Shown: positions 19,481 through 28,908 of the stretch, piece by piece
How the letters are laid out: each line of letters starts with the position of its first letter
Position numbering within the stretch: the stretch's first letter is position 1
Program-made: the position numbers and the translations under genes
The notes under the pieces: generated by a model
What the model was told of the DNA's origin: nothing
The model's database searches: none
The model's input: the letters and a program-made list of their open reading frames with translations, nothing else
DNA from: a virus
Length of the DNA stretch: 44,209 nucleotides
UHGV virus genome: UHGV-0168748
Strand: one strand, 5' to 3'

Positions 19481-20994
19481 TCAAGCTCCTTATCTGTCAA
19501 TATTCGTTTGTTTGAATAATAACCGCACCACAATCCATGATATTTTTCCCCGATATAAACCAATGCATACTCGATATACTGACGTTCTGGACGACGGACA
19601 GCCACGTAAAAACGACCTTCGGGTTCTTTTAAGCGGTTAATTTCCGTACGTGTTGGAACATCGATACCACGAGTAAGGATGGCTTTAACCTTGTTTTTGC
19701 TTCCAGGGATATGGATAGTTACATCAAAACCTTTATCTACGTTACGATAAAAGTCTTTCTTCGGTTTACCTTTCTCATCGTAAAGCATGTCGGTAATATC
19801 GTTTAACACTACCGAGTTTTTCTGCTCCATTGCATCACGTAACCAACCTGCAAGTTCATCACGAATTGCAATGCAGCGATAAGACAATAACGCAGGACGA
19901 AGAATTCGTGTAATCGAAAGATCTTCAAACATCCACAAGTTTTTGTCTTCGCTAAAGTGCATTCTGTCGATAGGGATACCGTTACCTGCGGCTTCTGCAA
20001 ACTTCTTACGTTTTACGAATAAGTTAAAAACCACTGCGATGGGATCAAACTGACGTAAACGTGGTACACCTTCCCATGCTTTTGCAGAGTGGGTGTTTAC
20101 TAACTCGTATACGTTAGTCCACGGTTCTTTGGTAAACATCACGCAGAACTGCGCATCAGGGATGTATTTCCCGACGAAGACAATATCGTCTTTCTGTTTT
20201 GCGTGGTTCCCGCCAAACATGTAATACAGTTTCTCACCGTTTACAGTAACCGTGGGGTGTGGTTCATTTACCATCGGGTAACAAAACTTCGTGACGCAGA
20301 TTTCAGGGAATGCAGATAAATTGACGCCTTCACCAACAACTTCCGGTTGCTGATCTTCTTCAGGCATCTCGTCTTTTGACCAATACGGTGTATAGTCTAA
20401 CCCTTCGCCACGCGCAGAGATACTTGAACCTTTCCGTGCTAGTTCGTCTGCACGTTCATTTCCATAACGACCTGAGTGACCTTTAATTTTAAGGACACGG
20501 ATACCCTTCCCTTCTTTCTTTAACCGCTGTTTGACTTCCCACATCCGTTGGATTAGTTCCAAGTTCGCAATGGGTGTACCGTCTGCACGACGCCATCCTC
20601 GTGCTGCCCAACCATCAATCCAATCGTTATACGTGTTAACAACGTAAGAAGCGTCGATATAGATAACATAGTTTTTCGCAACGAAGGGCGCGTGTTCGAA
20701 AACAGTTAGAAAAGCCACGAGTTCTGCAACGTCAGAATGTGACATTTTTGGTACAGGAACAACGCCGTCAATAAACTCCACGGTTTCTGGCAAAGGAGGG
20801 AGTTTTTCATCCTTGTTTATCTGGCGGTATCCCGACGTCGTAATCCCCTCGGGAATAGAGGGATGGCGGTAAACCCGACCATCCTCAATCACTTCACGAT
20901 TAAATAAGTACCCATGAATCCCCGCTCCTGTACCGAGCGGGGAAGTCAAATGGCTACCGTCCGTGTAAATTACAGCAACATCAACATTCTTCAT
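19474..20994 (-). CDS. RNase HI-domain protein fused to ~300-aa C-terminal domain of unknown function
   Basis: N-terminal ~200 aa carry RNase H motifs IYTDGS, ELVAF, YIDASYV, LKIKGHSGRYGNERADELA; C-terminal domain unrecognised. Confidence 0.75.
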   Translation of the reverse strand: MKNVDVAVIYTDGSHLTSPLGTGAGIHGYLFNREVIEDGRVYRHPSIPEGITTSGYRQINKDEKLPPLPETVEFIDGVVPVPKMSHSDVAELVAFLTVFEHAPFVAKNYVIYIDASYVVNTYNDWIDGWAARGWRRADGTPIANLELIQRMWEVKQRLKKEGKGIRVLKIKGHSGRYGNERADELARKGSSISARGEGLDYTPYWSKDEMPEEDQQPEVVGEGVNLSAFPEICVTKFCYPMVNEPHPTVTVNGEKLYYMFGGNHAKQKDDIVFVGKYIPDAQFCVMFTKEPWTNVYELVNTHSAKAWEGVPRLRQFDPIAVVFNLFVKRKKFAEAAGNGIPIDRMHFSEDKNLWMFEDLSITRILRPALLSYRCIAIRDELAGWLRDAMEQKNSVVLNDITDMLYDEKGKPKKDFYRNVDKGFDVTIHIPGSKNKVKAILTRGIDVPTRTEINRLKEPEGRFYVAVRRPERQYIEYALVYIGEKYHGLWCGYYSNKRILTDKELEC

Positions 20995-20996
20995 TC

Positions 20997-21731
20997 TTAA
21001 TCCCTGGTTAATTGATCACGAATCTGTGGCGCAATATACTCGCCGGTTTTCAGTTCTTCGTGACAGGCTTTGGCACGTTCAAACCCGTATTCACGGGTGA
21101 CCAAAGCGAGGTGATAAATACGTGCCGTGGTGTAGGCTTCTTTTGCCGCATCCCACATAGCGTGGTGTTCAAAAGCCGGTTTACCGCGTGTCCAGTAAAC
21201 TTGCTCTACGGTTAAATCAGGCTCGAAACCAAACGCAAATGCTAAACGTTCTGCGGTACGATCGCTATCCAGTGCACTGAACTTACGGAATTTCCCTGGT
21301 GGAATATCGCATTGTGCAAACGCGTTCATGAAAATCGGCGCATCGAAATCAGGGCCGCGCATGGTAATAACAAATTCGTGTTTTGCGGTGATTTCTCCGA
21401 GCCACTTCTGCATTGCCCACAACGCATCAGGCAACGCTGTCGTCCCACCCCAGGCTTCTTCATACGCTTCACGAGACGGTGCGTATTCTGGTTCACCTTT
21501 ACCTTCCCACCATCCAACAGTTTGCGGGTCTTCGTGGAAAATTGCTTTTGCTTTAGGATCGTTAGGGTCGATACGAATATACGAGGACCCCACCATTTTC
21601 AACGTAGGGACGTCAAAAGCCACTAATCCCGCGCTTAACAAATAAGCATCAGGACGTAATGATTTGGTTTCTGCATCAGCACCAATAACCAGAGTTGGGG
21701 TATACGGCTGAACGATTTTTGGATAAGTCAT
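20997..21731 (-). CDS. DEDDh-family 3'-5' exonuclease (DnaQ-like fold)
   Basis: Exo I GADAET, Exo II DFDAPIF, Exo III HHAMWDA motifs. Confidence 0.6.
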   Translation of the reverse strand: MTYPKIVQPYTPTLVIGADAETKSLRPDAYLLSAGLVAFDVPTLKMVGSSYIRIDPNDPKAKAIFHEDPQTVGWWEGKGEPEYAPSREAYEEAWGGTTALPDALWAMQKWLGEITAKHEFVITMRGPDFDAPIFMNAFAQCDIPPGKFRKFSALDSDRTAERLAFAFGFEPDLTVEQVYWTRGKPAFEHHAMWDAAKEAYTTARIYHLALVTREYGFERAKACHEELKTGEYIAPQIRDQLTRD

Positions 21732-21769
21732 GTTAAAGTCTCCTGTCAGTATACATTAAAATAGCGGTA

Positions 21770-21816
21770 AACGTTAAAAAGAAAGACCCTCCTGTATCCC
21801 GAAGGATACAGGAGGG
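21770..21816 (-). terminator. rho-independent terminator
   Basis: CCCTCCTGTATCC-CGAA-GGATACAGGAGGG, U-run on minus strand. Confidence 0.7.
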
Positions 21817-21820
21817 AGTG

Positions 21821-22279
21821 TCAGTACAAACACGTCGTCAAGTATTGATTGTACGAATCGAGTAAGGTCTGACGGTCAGAACGGTAATTCCACAACAAAC
21901 TGTTAAGTTTTCGTGATAAGTCCCGACTAATTTCTTGCGGCGTTAAGGAACTTTCATCGAGTGATAAACGTTCAGGCACAACATGTAATTTCGGTAACTC
22001 ATAACGTTCGCAGAGTGGAGCCAACATCGGAGGGCTCCAGCCACGTTTAGCGGCTTGCTGATTTAAATTTCGTGTGTAGACATAAACGTAATAAGCATAG
22101 GTGTTGACGTCTGCAACATACTCACGCATTGCATCTTTGTCAATTTTCCAATTCACCATGATGGGTGGTGTCGGAGGAGGTTCCAATGGACGATAAGCTG
22201 CCCGTCTGACCTCTTCGCCGTAGCTATTACTCACCAAACCCATGAATACAACCATGATGAATAACAGCGTTTTCATCAA
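21821..22279 (-). CDS. secreted Pro-rich protein (signal peptide)
   Basis: N-terminal MMKTLLFIMVVFMGLVSNSYG then PLEPPPTPP; no lipobox cysteine. Confidence 0.5.
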   Translation of the reverse strand: MMKTLLFIMVVFMGLVSNSYGEEVRRAAYRPLEPPPTPPIMVNWKIDKDAMREYVADVNTYAYYVYVYTRNLNQQAAKRGWSPPMLAPLCERYELPKLHVVPERLSLDESSLTPQEISRDLSRKLNSLLWNYRSDRQTLLDSYNQYLTTCLY

Positions 22280-22783
22280 TCACTCCTTAGCAGACGTTAG
22301 CGTCTTTATAATCTCCTGTCGAAAACTGTTTGCATCTAAACTACCCACAGGTCTCGCCGATGCTTCTTTGCGTTGTTCTGGTGTTGAAGCCGGACTAACA
22401 GGAGTTTCTGGTTTTGTTGGCGTCAGATCCTTCGTCGAACCGCTCTCTTTCGATGGGTTGAACGTGCTTTCATATGGCGGTTTCTGGCCGAGACAAACGA
22501 AGAGTCTGTCGTATAACTTGCCATTATCTTCTTTCAGCTTATCACGATCTTGTTTCATCTCTTGATAAGACTGCGTCATATATGCGTCATGAGACTGCAC
22601 CGAAACGAGTGCGTGAAATTGTTGCACATACGCGTAGGAGACGAAGCCCGAATATGATAACAAGATCGTGATGATTAAAGTCATTATCTTGCTTGCTCTT
22701 GATACGTTTTCTCCTTCTCCTGGTTTAAATGCTTCCATTAACATCTGAAGGAAGAACGGAAGCACTTTAAGAAATGAACCCAT
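22280..22783 (-). CDS. membrane protein with one TM helix, periplasmic coiled coil and Pro/Ser/Thr-rich tail
   Basis: TM helix IMTLIITILLSYSGFVSYAYV followed by charged heptad-like region. Confidence 0.5.
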   Translation of the reverse strand: MGSFLKVLPFFLQMLMEAFKPGEGENVSRASKIMTLIITILLSYSGFVSYAYVQQFHALVSVQSHDAYMTQSYQEMKQDRDKLKEDNGKLYDRLFVCLGQKPPYESTFNPSKESGSTKDLTPTKPETPVSPASTPEQRKEASARPVGSLDANSFRQEIIKTLTSAKE

Positions 22784-22808
22784 TGCTCACCTCGGAGTAT
22801 TTTTAATT

Positions 22809-24182
22809 ATGTTAGACTTACAAGGTTTTATTCAGATACCGGCTCTGTTTGACAATCAGGACGGCGTCACCGCTCCGGTGGGCGAGCTGTCTGATTTGAC
22901 CCTCTCGTACGCGAAGAGTAAACAGACGTTTACTAAAGCCAACTTGCAAGTGCAATTGGTGACATTTACGTCTAAACGAGAAAAACAGACGGTTGTTGTA
23001 CCAGCCGAGTTTTCTGATCATATTCTAACCGTTTCTCAATGGATTTACCAGCAAGCGATCTTGGGGAATCTGAGAAATGACGAGCTTGAATTCCAGCGCC
23101 TGTTATTAGGCCAATTCCAATCAACCATTTCCGGTGTTCAATCTGGTGCAATGATCCAGACTAACGGAAACTGGTTCCCACGTTGGGTTAGCTGGAAGTT
23201 TGAAGCAACAGCAGAACAAGTACAAGATGCAACTGATGTAAATAACCAAATCATCGTTTGGTTCTCGGATGAAGACTTCGACCAAGACTACACAGGTTTT
23301 GAAATCGAGGTACAAATGCCGATTTCACCAATCGACACATTCTTATCGACCAAGTCCGTCGTTGAAAAGGCAATGGAAGGGTTTAACCTTACCGAACACC
23401 ATAAGAAAATCAACGAGTTAATGGCGGGTTTTCCATATACCGCCATTCAAACTAACTACTATACTTGGCACGATCAAGAAAACTACGAGTCCACGCTGGT
23501 AGTTCCAATGTCGGTTATTATCTACGGACGCGCAGGAAAAAACCCAACGAAAATAAAACAGGCATTGCGAGAACACATTCTCGCTAACTCCAGTTTTACC
23601 GTTCCGATTGGGGTAAAAGTATTTCCTGAAATTTTCACCACGACGAAATTTACAATTGTTCCTGGGTGGAAAATTCGTGGAATACCCAATGAGGAAGATG
23701 TGGCGGCACTTTATTCCCCCATCCTTCCATATGATTTCTGGGTCAAAGCCATTACACGGTTTGGGGAATGGTCAGATCAGACGGTGACAGAAAGAAATAC
23801 TAATACAATTAGTAAACCTACAACGGATGTAACCGATCTACCGACGGTTTATAAATCACTAAACTGTGTCGTCATTAGTGGTCCTGAGAATGACACGCGT
23901 AAAGCAACGTTGCATGAAACTATCCCGGATTATGCGTTAATTGCGACGACTAACCCGGATATTGCCCGTATGTCGAAAACCACGACTGAATGGTTGGCAT
24001 TATTCTTCCAAGCGTTAATTGCCGCAGAAGAGTACCATCCGTATCAGACTAGTTTGGATGTGGTAAAATTGGTCGATGAAGCTGACCCTGATAACTACTT
24101 CTGGGTGTTTGAATACGACAACGTAGAATACCGTATCCTGTCTCGGAAAGCGAAATGGTACACCGAGTTAGACGAGGAGTAA
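22809..24182 (+). CDS. hypothetical protein (457 aa)
   Basis: Track ORF with GGAG RBS; function not recognised. Confidence 0.6.
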   Translation: MLDLQGFIQIPALFDNQDGVTAPVGELSDLTLSYAKSKQTFTKANLQVQLVTFTSKREKQTVVVPAEFSDHILTVSQWIYQQAILGNLRNDELEFQRLLLGQFQSTISGVQSGAMIQTNGNWFPRWVSWKFEATAEQVQDATDVNNQIIVWFSDEDFDQDYTGFEIEVQMPISPIDTFLSTKSVVEKAMEGFNLTEHHKKINELMAGFPYTAIQTNYYTWHDQENYESTLVVPMSVIIYGRAGKNPTKIKQALREHILANSSFTVPIGVKVFPEIFTTTKFTIVPGWKIRGIPNEEDVAALYSPILPYDFWVKAITRFGEWSDQTVTERNTNTISKPTTDVTDLPTVYKSLNCVVISGPENDTRKATLHETIPDYALIATTNPDIARMSKTTTEWLALFFQALIAAEEYHPYQTSLDVVKLVDEADPDNYFWVFEYDNVEYRILSRKAKWYTELDEE

Positions 24183-24185
24183 TAA

Positions 24186-24809
24186 ATGGCCACGCGCTTA
24201 CCACTACAGGTCCCTGTTAACACTACAGGGCTTTTTAAAGTAAAGACACCTTTTACTTTATCCGAAACGGTCATTTATACAGTAGAAGCGTCACGTACCT
24301 TCCCAGATTTAGTACGTCAGAATATTGACGTTTATAACGAGTATTACCAGCCAGTCGGCCTGAGTCGTGAAGAATATTTAGCAGATGCGAATGTCAGTGC
24401 ATCCATTCTGACGTTTAAGTCTCGCGACGGACAGGTTGCGTATATACCCGACACTTACCTGGAGTCATATCCTGGTCTGTCTGGGATTACGTATCAGCGG
24501 AACGTGATGGTGATTGATCTGGCGCTTGTACCAGACTACGTGAATGTGTCGGCGATGACCAAAGACGTTTCGGATATACTTACCCACACACTGGGGATTG
24601 ATCCGAAAGTTGAGGTCACGACGCTCGAGTATGAAGGGAAAGTGACGGAAGAACAACACCTACAGATGGAAGCGGCACGAAAGAATAAAATTCGTGAATC
24701 GATTCCATTAGGTGAACAGGTGACTGCATTAACGGAAGAAAACAAAAAATTAAAAGAGTTAAACAACCAAATGTTAGAGATTCTTAAAGCTAACGGGTTA
24801 GTTAACTAA
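24186..24809 (+). CDS. hypothetical protein with C-terminal coiled coil
   Basis: 207-aa ORF 4 nt after the previous stop. Confidence 0.55.
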   Translation: MATRLPLQVPVNTTGLFKVKTPFTLSETVIYTVEASRTFPDLVRQNIDVYNEYYQPVGLSREEYLADANVSASILTFKSRDGQVAYIPDTYLESYPGLSGITYQRNVMVIDLALVPDYVNVSAMTKDVSDILTHTLGIDPKVEVTTLEYEGKVTEEQHLQMEAARKNKIRESIPLGEQVTALTEENKKLKELNNQMLEILKANGLVN

Positions 24810-24856
24810 AAAAAGAATTACCCTACTCCCGAAGGAGTAGGGTAACTTTTATTTTG
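24806..24856. terminator. bidirectional rho-independent terminator
   Basis: A-run, TACCCTACTCC-CGAA-GGAGTAGGGTA, T-run; between convergent genes. Confidence 0.75.
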
Positions 24857-25784
24857 CTTTTTGACCTAGCGCTTTAAGAACCAGTTCGCGGATATATTTC
24901 TGCGTACGTTTCTTCGGCGGTAGAGCCATAAGGGTGTCGGCGATTTCTTGACCACCTATAACTTTACTGATAAGTTGTTGAACCTGGAAGAGTTCAGCTT
25001 CTTCATCACTGATTTCATTAGACTGGTCTTTCTGGCACAGGGCTTCTACCAGGTCTGCGACAGATATTTCTTTCTCGTCACCAGGGAAATCCAGGTTAAG
25101 AGATTCGAAGATGTCACGTTTAACAAACACGGATTTTAGATCGTCGTAGTCTTCACAAACCGCAACTTCTGCACCAGGTACCGGTTCTTCTTCGTCATGA
25201 TCGTCATTCTTCGCGGCGCGGTAATCTACCTCTATTGGGTGGAACGTTACATCAGCTTTACTCAGGATATAACTTACATGTGCCCAACTGCTCAGAATGA
25301 AATAGACCACGCTTCCACTTAATCCGATATTGCCCTGACGAAGGTCAAGAGCAATTTCTTGGCGGCGAGAAATCTGCCCTAAGTCAAAGAACGACTCGTC
25401 GCGAGCCGCAACAACCTCGTACTGATTCACGCCTTGTTCTACCACAACGAACCAGTTACCGTGCTTCGCAGGAAACGGATTGAGCATGAAGGACGGTTCA
25501 TTTCCCGAGACGGGATTAATAGCAATAGAGGAATGACGCATCCCCATAGAGAAGTTGAATGTATAGCCCTCTTGAACTGCGACGGCGTCGCTAATTGGAA
25601 GAATTTTGGTGGCACGATCAATATGGAAAACCGTCTCCTGTGTAATCGAAGACGGGTTGTTACCCAGGAGATGGCCACGCAGGAAGTCAGCAGTTTCACC
25701 TATGCAGGATTGCAGCATATGTCCATTATAGTGACGACGCAGAGTGTTAGCCAGTTCGTAGATTACTTCAGATGGAAAAGTCAT
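24849..25784 (-). CDS. hypothetical protein
   Basis: 311-aa track ORF. Confidence 0.55.
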   Translation of the reverse strand: MTFPSEVIYELANTLRRHYNGHMLQSCIGETADFLRGHLLGNNPSSITQETVFHIDRATKILPISDAVAVQEGYTFNFSMGMRHSSIAINPVSGNEPSFMLNPFPAKHGNWFVVVEQGVNQYEVVAARDESFFDLGQISRRQEIALDLRQGNIGLSGSVVYFILSSWAHVSYILSKADVTFHPIEVDYRAAKNDDHDEEEPVPGAEVAVCEDYDDLKSVFVKRDIFESLNLDFPGDEKEISVADLVEALCQKDQSNEISDEEAELFQVQQLISKVIGGQEIADTLMALPPKKRTQKYIRELVLKALGQKAK

Positions 25785-25837
25785 TTTAATAGTCCTCTTT
25801 TAGGTTTATTCAAATCAACTAAGGGTTCTGTAAAAAG

Positions 25838-26317
25838 TTAAAATAGTGGCAGATTACGCCATTGTCCTATTGAATAGAAAGCTTTTGGGTGTTTACGGAT
25901 ATACTCTTTTGCTTCTTCCGGCAACCATCGATCGCCTGCACGTTTCTGTTGCGCAACAATAACCGCCAGTAACAAATACGGATTCTTCGAACCGGGGAAT
26001 TTCGCATTAGTTTCTAACGCAATATCTAACATCGACTCCCAGCCCAGGCTTTTATGCTGCGCTGGTAAGCGATCTTCAATGTACATTAACCAGTTCATGA
26101 TTTCTTTAGGTTTATACGGGCACGTATAATTCGCCCAACTAATCATGAAGAACTTAATAATCTTTGCGATAACCCATACAGGGATTGCTACGAATAAACA
26201 GAATATAGTTAACTGCGAAGCAGGCGCATTAACGAAAGTAACCGCCGCAAGAATCATAAACAACTCAAGTACCACAAACCAAAAACGTGTTGGATAACGC
26301 CAAATAAATTTTATCAT
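25838..26317 (-). CDS. hypothetical membrane protein (two TM helices)
   Basis: Two hydrophobic segments in N-terminal half; 159 aa. Confidence 0.5.
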   Translation of the reverse strand: MIKFIWRYPTRFWFVVLELFMILAAVTFVNAPASQLTIFCLFVAIPVWVIAKIIKFFMISWANYTCPYKPKEIMNWLMYIEDRLPAQHKSLGWESMLDIALETNAKFPGSKNPYLLLAVIVAQQKRAGDRWLPEEAKEYIRKHPKAFYSIGQWRNLPLF

Positions 26318-26335
26318 GCTTTTGCTCCTTTAGGA

Positions 26336-26375
26336 AATGAAAATAAAAGTACCCCTACTCCGTTAAGAGTAGGGG
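26336..26375 (-). terminator. rho-independent terminator
   Basis: CCCCTACTC-CGTTAA-GAGTAGGGG, U-run on minus strand. Confidence 0.65.
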
Positions 26376-26381
26376 TAGGGA

Positions 26382-26891
26382 TTAGAAGAACGGTTGGTTT
26401 GGAATAACCGCGTATTCCAGAATGAACATGTGTTCAGGGGCGTCAGTTTTACGCCAGACTTTGTGTGTTGCTACGAGTTTTTCCAGAATCGTTAAGAAGC
26501 TACGTTGGCAGTAGGTGTTTTCGCCAAGTAACAGATTCTGAAGTTCTACAGTAGCATCCATATACGCTTGCTTAAAGACCAACCCACGGTTATACTGACC
26601 CGTATAGTTCCAGAGCAACACTTTACCTTCTTCGGTTTCTTTTACCGTTGGCCGTAGACCACAAATCCAGAGCAGTGCTAAGTTTACGTTCCAATCAAAC
26701 TCTTGCTCATTCTCGGGATCATCGCCGAAGGCAGTAGGCAAAGCATCGTAAAATTCGTGCTTCTCAGCGAAATCTTCATCCGATTTAATCTCGTCTTCGA
26801 TACTGCTTCGGACGATAGCGTAAACGTCTTTCGCGGTTAGTTGTGCGGCTTTTGTAATGCCTTTATACCAATCGGTTACAACGATGCTCAA
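26382..26891 (-). CDS. hypothetical protein
   Basis: 169-aa track ORF. Confidence 0.55.
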   Translation of the reverse strand: MSIVVTDWYKGITKAAQLTAKDVYAIVRSSIEDEIKSDEDFAEKHEFYDALPTAFGDDPENEQEFDWNVNLALLWICGLRPTVKETEEGKVLLWNYTGQYNRGLVFKQAYMDATVELQNLLLGENTYCQRSFLTILEKLVATHKVWRKTDAPEHMFILEYAVIPNQPFF

Positions 26892-27613
26892 AGGGCAACT
26901 CCTCTATTGATTGGAAAACTCGTGTTTATCGTATCCCAAATTCTACTGACTTCCGCCAATTGAATCTGACGTGGTGACTTCTTCGCAAACGCAAGCTGAC
27001 GTGGAGCCGAGCCCACAGCAGCAGGTACATCGATTTTCGCACTGTAAAATGCTGCGTCTTTCATAAACCCTGCCATTTCTCGTTGTGCTGCTCGAGATTT
27101 GCTTTTGATTCGTGCGTGTGCACCACTTTCACCCCAGTGGTAAGCTAACGCAACTTCAGCCATGGTGGGCTTGCGTTTGAGTCGTTTAGTTAACCCCTTT
27201 TCAAGATGCTTAATATACGCGGCAGCCAGCAAAACAGCATTACGCGGATTGTACAAATCGGCGTTCTGACTAAGACCTAATTCTTTTCCGTAAAGCTTTA
27301 GCAAATTACGTTTGGTACTCGGAACCATCTGTACCAGGCTGTGTGCTCTTGAGCTTTTATTGTAAGCTTTAGGATCAAAACGCGATTCACGGTAAATCAG
27401 CGTAACCATCAATTTAGGATCAACGCCTTGCTTTCGGGAGATTTCCACAATTAAAGGACTGACCTTTTCGAATCGATGTTGGATTTGTGCAAACTCACGA
27501 TGATGCTTAGATTGTGGCGTTGACGTTGACGCCTGTGCGTTAAACGCGAAAAGTGTTACCAGTAAAAGAAAGAAGATACGAAACATTTTGCTTCTCCAGT
27601 TGGATTTATACAT
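26888..27613 (-). CDS. lytic transglycosylase (SLT domain) with signal peptide
   Basis: Signal-like MFRIFFLLLVTLFAFNAQA; SLT motifs YRESRFDP, SLVQMVP, AAAYI. Confidence 0.6.
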   Translation of the reverse strand: MYKSNWRSKMFRIFFLLLVTLFAFNAQASTSTPQSKHHREFAQIQHRFEKVSPLIVEISRKQGVDPKLMVTLIYRESRFDPKAYNKSSRAHSLVQMVPSTKRNLLKLYGKELGLSQNADLYNPRNAVLLAAAYIKHLEKGLTKRLKRKPTMAEVALAYHWGESGAHARIKSKSRAAQREMAGFMKDAAFYSAKIDVPAAVGSAPRQLAFAKKSPRQIQLAEVSRIWDTINTSFPINRGVAL

Positions 27614-27686
27614 TTCCGTATTCCGTAAGACGAAATGACGGCGCGGACAGCTAATACTCCTTTGTTGTGTGCCCTAATGATAATAT

Positions 27687-28184
27687 CTATTTAAAAGAGT
27701 TTGGAATTAAAGACCGAGCTTCTTGGTACAATGCATCGGGTAGATATAACGTGTGATGTTGTCTCCTTGTTTCAAGTTTGTCGTAAAGCCACAAAAAGAT
27801 TTCTTGTCTTTCCCAAGGACGTAACCAACCATTGGCCATTCCCAGTGGAGGGATAGCAACAGAGGTGTCCAGGTTTTCAACACAATCTGCTAATGCGGTA
27901 ATACCCGCAGTAACATAAGAAACTTGGGACTTTAGACGCCAGTGTGTTTTTGTGGGGAGCAGGATACACTTTTCGTCAGGATAAACGTAGACATTTCCAA
28001 TCCTGATTTCGTTTTCGCGACAACGTTTACGATAATCCTGATAAAGCGTAGGGTAGCGTTCTCGACAGGCTAAAGCAATACCGCGACCCATTGCGCCCAC
28101 GCAGTTAATGGTAACGACCTTATAAGCTTCAGGTGCATTAAAAAGGTCGCCGCCGATCTCAGATTCTTTACGTATCGTTAGCAT
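27687..28184 (-). CDS. TARG1/DarG-like macrodomain protein (predicted ADP-ribose hydrolase)
   Basis: GDLF...NCVGAMGRGIALACRERYP and AIPPLGMANGWL match the TARG1-type GDLF / MGxGIA / IGCGL pattern. Confidence 0.55.
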   Translation of the reverse strand: MLTIRKESEIGGDLFNAPEAYKVVTINCVGAMGRGIALACRERYPTLYQDYRKRCRENEIRIGNVYVYPDEKCILLPTKTHWRLKSQVSYVTAGITALADCVENLDTSVAIPPLGMANGWLRPWERQEIFLWLYDKLETRRQHHTLYLPDALYQEARSLIPNSFK

Positions 28185-28271
28185 AACGATTCACTCGAAG
28201 TTGATGGACGGTGTTAAAACGTGTACCACCGATCGACAACTCAACGAGTATGGCGATATATGTTTTACCCA

Positions 28272-28640
28272 TCATTGATTTTTCTTAATCCACTGTTTGA
28301 CTGCCGTTTCTAAACCTTCGTGCTGTAGACCCAGGCGTTGCATAGCCAACGCTAAGTTGAGTGTATGAACAACCTGTTCACGGAACTGATGATCGTTCAT
28401 GCGGTCCCAGACTTTCTCTACAGCAATATTGTGCTTCCAAAGCAGATAAGCTTCACGACATGATGCACGACGAACTAAGCTGGGTTTAACAAAAGGTAGT
28501 TCGATTTCAGGTAAGTAGCCCAACATCTTAACTAAACGTGTGACTTGTGTGTTACCAAAATCGCCGCATTGATAACAAATTTGTAGAATGTCAAACTCAT
28601 CCAGTGGTAGACCGTAAACTGACGGATTCTCTGTGAACAT
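28272..28640 (-). CDS. hypothetical protein
   Basis: 122-aa track ORF; overlaps the end of 28597-28842 in another frame. Confidence 0.45.
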   Translation of the reverse strand: MFTENPSVYGLPLDEFDILQICYQCGDFGNTQVTRLVKMLGYLPEIELPFVKPSLVRRASCREAYLLWKHNIAVEKVWDRMNDHQFREQVVHTLNLALAMQRLGLQHEGLETAVKQWIKKNQ

Positions 28641-28842
28641 TCATATTCTCCTCAGGCTCGAAATGTGTTTCGGGTGGCAACGTTCCTAAAGCCCCTTGGA
28701 TAGAAGCTGTCAGTGAAGGTTTACCAAAACAAACCTTACCGATTGTTCCTACGTTGGGATGTTGTAAGAACGCTTTGGCGCGTTCGTATTCTTTCCAACA
28801 AATACTCGTATCCAAACCACCCACTCCGTACGATTTTAACAT
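28597..28842 (-). CDS. hypothetical protein, possibly N-terminal part of a split gene
   Basis: 81-aa track ORF overlapping the start of 28272-28640 by 44 nt. Confidence 0.35.
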   Translation of the reverse strand: MLKSYGVGGLDTSICWKEYERAKAFLQHPNVGTIGKVCFGKPSLTASIQGALGTLPPETHFEPEENMNVHRESVSLRSTTG

Positions 28843-28908
28843 AAATAGCTCTCCTGACGTAAATTTCTCACACTCATAGTGAGGAACGCCAAGAGAGCTT
28901 TTATTATT

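Noticed and set aside
28597-28842. A DarT-like ADP-ribosyltransferase upstream of the macrodomain gene, forming a DarTG-like pair
   Set aside because: The 81-aa and 122-aa ORFs show none of the DarT motifs I know, so the macrodomain appears to be stand-alone.
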